Source of the DNA: Gonapodya sp. JEL0774 | Taxonomy: Eukaryota | Direction: 5' to 3' | DNA: 20,000 nt | NCBI GenBank assembly: GCA_027604505.1 | Contig: JADIIX010000100.1 | Location: forward strand, 60,755 to 80,754 | Shown: piece after piece, positions 10,625-20,000 of the stretch | Numbering within the stretch: the first letter of the stretch is position 1 | Layout of the letters: every line of letters begins with the position of its first letter | Translations under genes and position numbers: made by a program | Notes under the pieces: model-generated | Databases searched by the model: none | Told to the model about the DNA's origin: nothing | Seen by the model: the letters and a program-made list of their open reading frames with translations, nothing else

Positions 10625-11701
10625 ATGCTTGTTACTCTGGTCACTGAGAAGATTGGTTTCCTTCAAGACAACGAGTGTTCCCACCCTACATTAAAAATAT
10701 CAGATTGCACGGATCCCCTTTGTTTCCTTCAGCATCAAATAAGGAAATCGCTTTTGCTGAATGGTTCCGGTCAAATCCTGGTTGCTATCTGGAATCATGC
10801 AAAACAAGACATATCAGAGCAATCCAGACAACAGGACCTCCCAGATGTTGGCCCAATTCTCAACCAGATGAAACTTGCTCTCACTCAGAAGTCCAACACT
10901 GGTGCTTTCCCCCCCCCCGCGTGTTGTGACAAAGGTGTTTCCAGGAGGGTATGGTGACTGGGTCAAGCTCAATGATGGAAGGCCACCCACGACCACTGCA
11001 GCACGAGTTTCACATGGAGAACTATTGACCATAAAGCTGTTCCCGTGTTTGTTGACATTCCTGCACGACAACCAGAACTTTGCGGAACTGTACCACAGAT
11101 TATTCATCAATTACACACACGTATACACAAACACATATATCAAATTCTACTTTCAATTGTGCCCCACTTTGGAGATGGATGCAAATGGGTTTGCCGTGGC
11201 CATAGCTGCCGCCTTCTGATAGGTCAATCACCAGAGTTTCGAGGACTCGTGGAAGCTATTGGTCGATCAGGGGAGGCGAAAAGATTTGGACCTCCGGGGT
11301 GTTACAGGAGGAGCCACATCATTGTGTTTTACTGGTAGGCTTGACGAGATGGGAACGTGGAAAAATTTTCTGGGGACATATGTTGAGTTTGCTATCAGAC
11401 ACCCTCCCAGAGCCCCAGGAGCACCAGTACCAGCGGCGTTACTAGTGGGGCAGTGGGGCAAGGGAATCCTTGCTACTGACTGTGTAACTGGCCATGCGGC
11501 GTTCCAACGTATGTGTGCTGATGAAGAGCTTACCAACTCCACATCACAATGTCTGCGTGGCGATCAGTAGCACAGGAAGTGGGCACAAGGGGTTGGAACA
11601 ATTACAGCTGTTGCACCAGCTTGCACTTTCCAAGCAAAGTACTGAGAAGTATCTAAGTGCCACAAATGGAGTGCTTGTTCATTGCCGTTGCTGCCATCTG
11701 A
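10625..11701 (+). pseudogene. Decayed plus-strand gene, probable distant paralog of 4466-6007
   Basis: Overlapping ORFs in shifting frames (10625-10957, 10875-11219, 11259-11570). Contains GATSLCFTG...LLVGQWGKGILATDCVTGHAA and ends IAVAAI* at the same repeat position where the paralog ends NAIAAI*. Confidence 0.45.
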
Positions 11702-12093
11702 GTGTTCAAACTTCAGCATGCTAGTATACAGCACATTAGTTGGTTGGATGGTGTGGGCAATTCGTCCAACTACGTTTGAACATTTGGAAGAATATATTTG
11801 CTCCGTATGACACGCTTTAATAGAACTCTAATCGTTCCATTGTGCCTCACACCACATCATATTATTATCCATTGCCCACCGACAACCACCACCTCCTGCC
11901 GGGTGCGGGAGACTCTGTAGATCCAGCGCTGCGATGTCTGTGACCAGCTGAAAGTCGACATTAAGTAGTCACGTGTGCCCCGTCAGGAGGCGACGGCAGC
12001 TCATCGCCGTGCGGCATGCGGGGCGGCTGACGACATGAGAATGGTTGAATGACGGAATGTCCCATTCACTTCTGAACACTGACGTGCAACAGA
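11688..12093 (+). repeat. ~410 bp dispersed direct repeat, copy 2
   Basis: Aligns to 5994-6411 over its full length. Confidence 0.95.
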
Positions 12094-12317
12094 GCGATTG
12101 GTTGTCCTCAAATTTCACATCCGCTTTGTCTTTTGGCCTTTTCAATTTCTTTGCTCGGAGATCACATGTGGACATTCATGGAGAAATCATGCATGTTGAA
12201 CCAAGGAACAAGGTTGATACGATTTCACAGATGGACCAGTGCTTTTTTCACTACGATTGTTTGTTAGCTAAAGCTACAAACAAGTGGTAGAAACTAGATA
12301 TCGATACAATAAACCAA

Positions 12318-13609
12318 TCAGGCGCAGTTCAGTCCTGAATCGTTGTCCGCGAACCCATACCCCTCAATCGATTCTTTGCAAACGGCAATAGCGACTTTTT
12401 GAGTGGTGCCACTGTTCGTGCCGTACACTGCGCCCCTCGCGACCCAAAAGTTTCCGTTTTCCTGGTTGCACTCGAACGAAGATACTTCACCAAACGACCC
12501 GTGGTTGTGAAGCGCGTTCCAGATGGTCTGACAGTCCCCGCCATTCTTGATCTTGTTCCAGCAGAAGCGGAACTGGAACTTGGCGAACCAGGTATCGTGA
12601 ATTGCTGCAACAGCTTTGTTCAACACTTTGTATGCGCACGTGTGCTGATATTGACCGGTTTTGGGGGGCGGGGGTGGAGGGGGAGGCGGGGGTGGTGGAG
12701 GCGGGGGTGGAGGTGGGGGCGGAGGCGGTGGCGGAGTTGGTGCTATGAGAAGAGGCGAAAGGCCAAAGTGATTCATCAGAATGTCGTCATGACATAGCAT
12801 AAGACCGCAAGACTCACGAGGTGAAGGAAACTTGCAGCTGTGTGCCCAGTCAGCGTTTATCAACAGCCGCGAACGGGTATTGTCAACCAGGATTCTTTGG
12901 CAAGATTGTTTCAACTCGGGAACTTCGATCACTCACATTCCCAGTGTACCATCCCAGACTGCGCCTGACACGCACACGCATCCATTTGCGGTGTCCCAGC
13001 GACTATTGTATGAGCAGCACTGGCCTTGGGGAGCAGCCCAGTACAAAAACTTGCAAATACACGTTTGGCTTGATGATGCAATCGTGCCCCAAACCTTGCA
13101 GTCGGGAGTTTTACCGTAACATCTTTAACAATAAACAGAGATAAGCAGATTAAGTTCTCCCGTGGAAATGATTCGACAATGACGTGCGGCACCCACGCCC
13201 ACTCACGTGTTCCCATTCCACGTCGTACCGGCCACACACACGCAGCCCTTGGCGCTATCCCAATAGCTGTTGGGCGAGCAGCACTGACCGTTCCCGCCCT
13301 TCGTCCACCCAGTTTTGCATGTACATTGACCGGTACTGTCTGATGGCCACACCTGTGTCCCCCACGGGCAATCTCTGCGGGTGAGATGATGTCCAGCCCC
13401 TTGAGCCTCTGCACTTGTGGGGAGGTTGTCGGACTGGGCAATGGCGAAACTGAATGCAGGGGAAAGCAAGAAGAGTGCAAACCACACGTGAAACAGCTTT
13501 TTGCGCTACGAGCGAGAGTGGAAATAAATGGAGCATGGTCAGATCTGAGGCTCATGGAATGCGCAACCACACTGTCATGGACTGTTGTTTGGTGGCACCC
13601 ACGCACCAT
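12318..13609 (-). CDS. Secreted Cys-repeat / poly-proline protein; exons 13609-13607, 13505-13207, 13122-12937, 12837-12818, 12742-12318
   Basis: Four GT..AG introns with compatible phases give M/RKKLFHVWFALFLLSPAFSFAIAQ (signal peptide)...HHLTRR-DCPWG..CTC..GQCCSPNSYWDSAKGCVCVAGTTWNGNT/CYGKTPDCKVWG..CIC..GQCCSYNSRWDTANGCVCVSGAVWDGTLGI/CKFPSP/P-poly-Pro-KT...LNCA*. A further in-frame 51 nt intron after the poly-Pro tract is possible. Confidence 0.85.
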
Positions 13610-14926
13610 TGCTGCCAGGTCTCAGGAGTGATCTGCGTGGCAAGAATAAAGCGCGACGCAGATTTAACAGAAAGGGATCTGTGGAGCTTGGTCAAAGCAT
13701 GGAACAGTTCCGGCCACAGTCCAACGCTCTCGGTCTCGGCAGGCGCCGCCGAAGGGTCTGGCAGGTTTGCCGCCAGGGCGCCCTTGCATGACTGTGGCAG
13801 TTATTATATGCACACGGAGGGATGTCCTGATGACTAATGATAAATTGTCTACAGGACTCTTGGAATCCCCAACCACTCGCGAAAACAGGACTGGACGATT
13901 GTAAACTAGCGCCAGTGGGAGAAGCCCAGGGTTAGTCTGCAGACGATGTGAAAAGGAACGTTACACACATGTGTGGACAACAGGGTTCTAGGACACCAGG
14001 ACACACAGGAAAGACAACAAACATCCCCACTGCAGACTCCCCCATCACATGATTATCGCCGCTTTTCTCTACACTCCACCCTTCACCACTCCATAGGCGA
14101 CCATCCCCCCGGTCCAAGAGTTCACCACTCTCCATATGCAACGTCAGCATCCTGTCTGTCCGTCAACGTTTCCATTCACACCCTCCATTCACACTCTTGT
14201 TCTCTCCTCACATGAAACCTTCCACCAATTCATTCCATCTCTCTCCTACCTCCTCTGCCTTCCCCTTTATCAAGCCTTCACACCTTCCCCCTTTCCTACC
14301 AAATCATCCACAGACTTCCCCATTCGGTTCCTCCCGTCCTTCTCCATTGCGTCCGTCTCGGTCGTTTCTCTGATGTTCTTTCCATCATCGTGCTAAACAC
14401 CACACATGGCCGTCTTGGTTTGGGCCATCCGACGGGTAAGGCGGAAGCGCAGAGTTTGTTGATCTTCAAAGGGATCCAGGCCATTTGGGAGGTGCGGATG
14501 ACTGTGCAGACAGCAGAGAAGATCATGCGAGCGGAGGGTGCCGTGGATACGTGCTGTATGAGCAGGCAATTTGGCGATAGGGGGGCGGGGTTTGGAAGGG
14601 GTTAGCCAGCCCCGTACCAGCCCCGTACACACCACACTGCTTGCGACGGTGGAGAGGAGACGACGATACGTGAATGAGTCTGTTAGATGCATGCCAAAAT
14701 CATTGGAGCTGGAGATTTGAACTTCGATTCGATGACTGATAACCGACTGCACCGTGATCCGTTTTTAGTCTTTCGAGGCTCTTGCACAGTTGAGGATGCT
14801 TGCTGTTCTGGATAGGAGTGTGGTTGGGACATGGAATCCCGAACTCCACGCCTTGCTAACAACAGTCTTTTCTCAGACTGGAATCAAGTATCAGTATCCG
14901 CAAAACGCAATACGTACTAGTCACAT

Positions 14927-15502
14927 TCATTTTTCCTCTATATATACATTGTAATATCTAAAAACGGCTTCTAGCCAATCGAGACCAGAATCACGGATTC
15001 GGGCCGCAGCTCCGTCCACTCCACAGTCCCCACACACTTTGAATTGGCGCTTCCAGGGCCCAGAATCGACACGAACCCAGACAGTCACCAGGACATGCAC
15101 CGGATGGCCAAGGGGGCACAGAAATACCGCGGCCAGACGAGAGACCCGTGCAGACATTGAACGCGTACGAAGGAGCGCGGTGCACGAGAGAATCCCGTTT
15201 CCACCAGACACTGGCCTTGCGCCCTCCAGCAAAACAAAATACGCTTCACACGACCGGGCTCCCGCACGTGGGTTCTCTCGAATGCCTCCTGTGAAATGTC
15301 CGAGGTTTGGGCGTGGCGTGCCGGGTGACCATGAGTGAGCAAAGAGAGTGTCTCTGTAGAATACTCGGCCGTGCGCTCCAGCCCGCCGCCCGCCACTCCA
15401 CTTCTCAGAAGGTCGACTCCACCTCACCACCGGGATCTCCCGTGTGCATGGCCCACAGCAGTACCAGTCCGACACCGTGACTTGGGAAAAATCCACCTCC
15501 AT
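14927..15502 (-). CDS. Hypothetical ORF (about 191 aa from ATG 15502), with CxxGH...CxxC near the C-terminus
   Basis: Open frame only; no family recognised. Confidence 0.2.
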   Translation of the reverse strand: MEVDFSQVTVSDWYCCGPCTREIPVVRWSRPSEKWSGGRRAGAHGRVFYRDTLFAHSWSPGTPRPNLGHFTGGIRENPRAGARSCEAYFVLLEGARPVSGGNGILSCTALLRTRSMSARVSRLAAVFLCPLGHPVHVLVTVWVRVDSGPWKRQFKVCGDCGVDGAAARIRDSGLDWLEAVFRYYNVYIEEK

Positions 15503-15780
15503 ACAAAGTACACGGATCGCGATCCCGGTCCCGCTTGTCGTCGTGTCATGTCGTGTCGTGTCGTGCCGTTGAAATCTGGAATCCCCGGGATACTCGTTTG
15601 TGCCTCGTGGGGTCTGCGCGGGGTCCCGGTCTCGGTCCGACTCGACGTCCCCGAGAAGCGTCCCTGTAGGGATCGAAACTGGTCGTCGCCACCTCACCAT
15701 CAGGCCTGGTCCGTCAGCCATATGCCGCGTTGATTCTACAGTCTCAAGTCCACGGTCCACACTTCACTCCACTCCATGTG

Positions 15781-15873
15781 TGCTGTGCGCATCCATCCGG
15801 TCAAAGAGTCCGACCGTTACGAATTCAGGGCACATGCTGTGCGTATCCATCCGGCCCAAGGGTCCGACCGTTA
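15781..15873 (+). repeat. 39 bp direct repeat, period 54
   Basis: tgctgtgcgYatccatccggYcMaagRgtccgaccgtta at 15781 and 15835. Confidence 0.85.
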
Positions 15874-16072
15874 GGTACTAACGGCACAATTGTAACGTCC
15901 GTTTTCGAGTCTTCCATCTTCCATCGCCACTCTACTGTCCAGACACAAACTCACACACACACACACACAACACATCACAACGTGGTCCACCCACACCGCC
16001 CCTCTCCAGTCTCCCGCTCCCAAGTCACACCTCGAAACTCCCCACCTCCCCACTTCCCCACCATGCCCCCCC

Positions 16073-17789
16073 TCACACCGCCTCCACCTTCACCTTTACC
16101 ATCCCCTCGACCTCCTTGCCCCACTTTCCGACCATCTCCTCCAGCATCTTCTCCACCCTCTTCTTCTCATCCTTATCCATCTGCCCCGCCTCGTTCCTCC
16201 TCCTGATCTCCTCCCTCGCGTCCTGCCGCACCCCGCGCAGGGCCATCTTGGCCCGTTCGGCATGTGTCGTGATGAGCTGGACCAGGTGGGACCGGGTTTC
16301 CGGGGTCAGACGGGGGACGGGCACGCGGAGGGTTTTTTGGTCTTCGAGGGGGTTCAGGCCCAGGGAAGAGTTGCGGATGGCTTTGGAGACGGTGGGGAGG
16401 AGCTAAGGGGGGTGGGTGGGAATGGCGGGGTGCGACGGTGGGAGGGGTCAGGGGTACCGTGAGCACACGAGTGAGATGGAAACAAACAAACGTCAAACAC
16501 ATGCTGTCCCACTCCATTGTCCATCTCCCAATCTCCCATCCCCCCATTGACCATCCACCTGATCTCCCATCTCCCCGTCGGCCATCTCCCACCCACCGCC
16601 CACCGCCCTCCTCCCCTCCCCCCCTCCGACCCCTACCGCCTCCATCCGACCCGTTCCCAAACCCACCCCTCCCCAAACCCAAACCCAAACCCCCCCACTC
16701 TGGCCCAACGCACCTCCTCGTCGTGCAACACCACGACCAGTGTCTGCTGGTCCTTGACGCGGACGTCGGCGAGGGAGGAGAGGGGCACAGAGCGGGACTT
16801 GTAGGGGACAGGGAGGGAGAGGAGGAGGGCTGGGGGGGTGAGATCGGGATGGGGAGGTGGAAAGGGTGGAAGGGTAGGAAGGTAGAAGGATAGCAAGGTA
16901 GGAGAGGAGGGGAGAGAGGAGAGGAGATGTGGAACGAGTTGAGAGAAACGTGGATTGTGAGGAGGACACCAAAAAAAGAGGGCACGGTTGGGAGCGCACC
17001 AGGGTTCGCTCGGCCGACACGGACAGCGGCGAGGTCAGACTTGAGTTTTTCGAGGACAGAGGCGCCTGGGAGGTGTGTGGGAGTGGAGTAGGATGGGTGG
17101 TGTGGGGGAAGGTGGGAGGGAGGGAGGCGAGTGGTGGGTGGTGGTGAGGGGGAGAGCAATGGTTGGGAGGGGAATTCTTTCACCCTCCTCTACGTTGGGT
17201 TTCCCTGCTCCCGTTTGATTTCAAACTCTGCACTTTTGTCAACCCAACCCAACTCAACCCAACCCAATTCTCTCCCTTTGGTCGGGAGATTTGCTCAACT
17301 CAACCCGACTCATCCCAACCCAATTCTCTCCCTTTGGTCGAGAGATTTGATCAACTCAACCCAACTCAACGCAACCCAATTCTCTCCCTTTGGTCGGGAG
17401 AGGGTGGCCTTCGGTTCGCTTTGCTCACCGTCCGGCCACTCCGGTTCGCTTTGCTCACCTCCGGCCTCTACGGTTCTCTTTTGCCTCACCTCCGGCCCCT
17501 ACGGTTCTCTTTTGCCTCACCTCCGGCCTCGGGCAACCCACTCACTTTTTTTGTGCCAGACGTCCCATTGAAAAGGGATAGGATGGACATTGGCTTCAGA
17601 GTTGAGGATGTCGAGATCCGCAGACGACTTTTTAGATGCCTTCTTTGAAGCGAATCTTTGGAGAGAGATGGAGAGTTGAGAGGGTAGAAGAAGGGGAGAG
17701 AGGGGAGGGGATGAGGGGAGAATGGGATGGGTGGGAAGAGGGCGGAGAAGGGAGCGGTGGATTCGGGATGCAGAGGAAGAGGAGAACAT
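16073..17789 (-). CDS. RRF1: Mitochondrial ribosome recycling factor; exons 17789-17546, 17065-17000, 16829-16714, 16402-16073
   Basis: Phase-consistent splicing gives MFSSSSASRIHRSLLRPL... (presequence-like)...LEKLKSDLAAVRVGRANP/ALLLSLPVPY...PLSSLADVRVKD...VVLHDEE/LLPTVSKAIRNSSLGLNP...LRVPVPRLTPETR...AKMALRGVRQDA. The GRANP, GLNP, VPxLTxExR and RxxRQ motifs are characteristic of RRF. Confidence 0.94.
17236..17530 (+). repeat. Two adjacent minisatellites in RRF intron 1 (3 x 55-56 bp at 17236/17291/17347; ~20-31 bp units 17409-17530)
   Basis: caacccaattctctccctttggtcgRgaga x3, then cggttcKctttgc(c)tcacc(g)tccggcc-type units. Confidence 0.88.
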
Positions 17790-18002
17790 GGGTGGGTCGG
17801 TGGGTCGGTGGGTGGGTGGTGTTTTGGGGAAAGAGAGCGGGCAGGGGACACACGCAGGAGAGTGCGGTGCTGCGGTCCGGCCACAGTGTCTCCCACTGGC
17901 GCGTGCACAGTCCACCTGCCCCATCCCCTCACGTCCTCCCATCATCCCCCCATTCCCCCATCCCGCCCCCCCTTTCCCCTCTCTCCCTCTTCCCCCATCC
18001 CC
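17790..18002. promoter_or_regulatory. Putative bidirectional promoter (RRF1 / LIMR-family gene)
   Basis: 213 bp between divergent ATGs; G-rich to C-rich switch near 17900. Confidence 0.55.
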
Positions 18003-18134
18003 ATGGCCGACGTCGCTCTCATTCTCACCTCTGTCATATTCGCACTCCTCATCCTCTTATCCTCCGTCTACTTCCTCGTGTACTTCCAACACCCGGACGA
18101 CAAATGGGTCGCTTGGTTGCCAAAGATCGTAGTA
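18003..18134 (+). CDS. LIMR/LMBR1-family membrane protein, exon 1 only
   Basis: MADVALILTSVIFALLILLSSVYFLVYFQHPDDKWVAWLPKIVV, then a GTCAGT donor at 18135. A TM helix followed by Y(F/Y)QHPDD...PKxVV matches the N-terminus of LIMR-family proteins (family recall). Confidence 0.8.
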
Positions 18135-20000
18135 GTCAGTATCTCCTCATCCTTCCCTTCTTCCCGTCTTCTCCCCCTCTTCTCCCCTCTCTCTTTCCTC
18201 CGCCACTCAATCTTTTGTCGCGTCTTGTCCCTGTATCCGATGCCCCCCTGGCTGCGAGTTGGGAGGGCACCACATCGGTCAAGACCATTCCTCGTTCATC
18301 ACAAGGAAATATCCCCCGCCATACTCGGATGCTCTCATGCCTCCATGTCCCTCTCAAACCCTCCATCTCCCGGCCCCCCGGCGGCGCGCCGGCCCCGGCG
18401 CCGCCCCCACCCCCCCCACACCCCCCCCGCCGCCCGCGGCGGTCGGGTCCTGGGGGGATGGAAGTGACAGGAAAGCTTAGAAGGGTGATCACCACACCAT
18501 CGGCCAGTGCTCTAAAAAAAGGTTTTGGAAGACCGTTGGAGATGGGAAATCACCCGCTGTACCATTCGCCACCAACGCGGGATACATTTGCCCTCCCCTT
18601 TTCCCATCCCACGCTATTGACCCACCTTTATTTCTCCCATCCATGTCCTATTTATTCCCCGCTCCCATTTTTAGTCCGAGCATCTGCTCCCCAGTAACAT
18701 CACCAAACACAACCATCTCGAGAGTTTGTATCACCCGGCCCCATTTCCTCCCCCCGCCCCTCATCTCGTTTCCACTTCATCCCGTGCTGTACTTGCACCC
18801 ACATTCCAACCCCGCCGTCACCACCCCTCGTCGCTACCGCCTCCTTGATTCAACATACGCTGAGGTGCTGGACTTTGAAGGACATTAAGCGACAGAGGAA
18901 CGTCACGAAACGTGAGGCAAGGTGAGTGGAAGCTCGACGGAATGCATTGTGTGGTTATCTTCGTACAACAAAAATGGACGAAGCTCAAAGCTGGAGGGCA
19001 AACGCCAACACAAAGAGGCAAGGGACACAGCCGTGCAGCGTTCACGGGTGACAGGTAGGAAGAACTCCTGAAAGATCTTGTGGAGGTTAATTCTGCATCG
19101 GTGTGTCGATTTTCCAGGAGCACGTGGACGGTGGACAAGGGGCTACAAACTTGCGCGGGGTCTGAACCGGAATGGACAGTGTGGTTGAAACATTGCAATG
19201 AGCATCCCAACGTGTGATTTAACCATGTGGAGCCAGAGTAGTTGGTGCGCGACACGGTTTTCCCCGTCGACATTGACACTGGTGGTGGCGCAGGGCGGTA
19301 GAGGGACGTATCGGGACGGCTCACGGCAGCGACATCGATTTCATTGCCAACTCGGACAGCAAACTCGGGATCAACTTCAAAGGCGGTAGACCACGTGAAG
19401 TGTCACAGGCTCAGTGTAAAGATCCTGGTATGTCTACGTAGGTTTGACTTGATCGGTTTCATTTCCATAATGGCAGTTTGCTCGTCGTACTCTCTCACCA
19501 GCAATGGGGCCGCAATGAATCCATCAGACCTCTCTTCCCTCTCCTATCGCTTTTCTTTGATGATCTCTTTGCTATGAAACCTGAACATTGTCACCGCTCG
19601 TCTTCTACAATATAATACATTGGCCTTGTGAACGAGAGAAGGAACACGACGTGAAAGGAGCAGCGGAACAACTTTAGGCAAGACCGGGATCGAGGTAAGA
19701 GTGTGGACGTGGTGTGGAATTGATTGTGCTCGCGTATTTGTTGCTTCAGCGTACAGCTGGCTGATGCAAACACCCTACGCTCGGAACCCCCAAAACTCGC
19801 ACCGACGGTCAAGCACGTGACCTACGCGGGAAGCAGAGTCTATGATGAGGTGGTTCTTGCGCTGTGGTGGTGGGAATAGTGCTGTATGTCAGGTCCTTAA
19901 TTTTGATCACTTCGGTCTACTTTATCACAGCAGTACAAGGGTGAGGGGTGATTTAAATGCGTTGCTTTCATAAGTCGGGAGTAGGTGTGGTGAGTTCCAG

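Noticed and set aside
5971..12093. LTR retrotransposon bounded by the 410 bp direct repeats
   Set aside because: No gag, protease, RT (YxDD), RNase H or integrase motifs, and no PBS/PPT or TSD seen. The repeat overlaps the stop codon of the upstream gene in both copies.
16660..16697. (CCCAAA)n as a telomeric repeat
   Set aside because: Only 3-4 units, inside an RRF intron.
17236..17530. CRISPR-like array
   Set aside because: No unique spacers or cas genes; these are intronic minisatellites in a eukaryote.
17636..18697. 353 aa plus ORF and similar long Pro/Gly-rich ORFs (16173-17183, 2399-3013)
   Set aside because: Stop-poor low-complexity frames running through promoters and introns; the spliced models explain the region better.

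Overview
Intron-rich eukaryotic DNA, fungal in style (GTRAGT/GTACGT/GTGCGT donors, CTRAC-like branch points; an early-diverging fungus is my guess). Two compact head-to-head housekeeping pairs sit at the ends: WDR26/GID7-like exon 1 (-) with a complete 3-exon COX20 (+), and a complete 4-exon mitochondrial ribosome recycling factor (-) with exon 1 of a LIMR/LMBR1-family membrane protein (+). Between them is a ~12 kb accessory island. It holds two diverged copies of an apparent cassette (minus-strand gene / plus-strand gene / shared ~410 bp block), both decayed and the right one strongly CpG-depleted. The plus-strand genes share a G-x2-I-x3-D-x-V-x2-H motif suggestive of a 2OG-Fe(II)/TET-JBP-like fold. 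The island also carries an apparently intact 5-exon gene for a secreted Cys-repeat/poly-Pro protein that the ORF track breaks into pieces. A shared repeat family occupies introns of both left-hand genes. No transposase, RNA gene or CRISPR array was recognised. Sequence beside the N gaps looks low quality.
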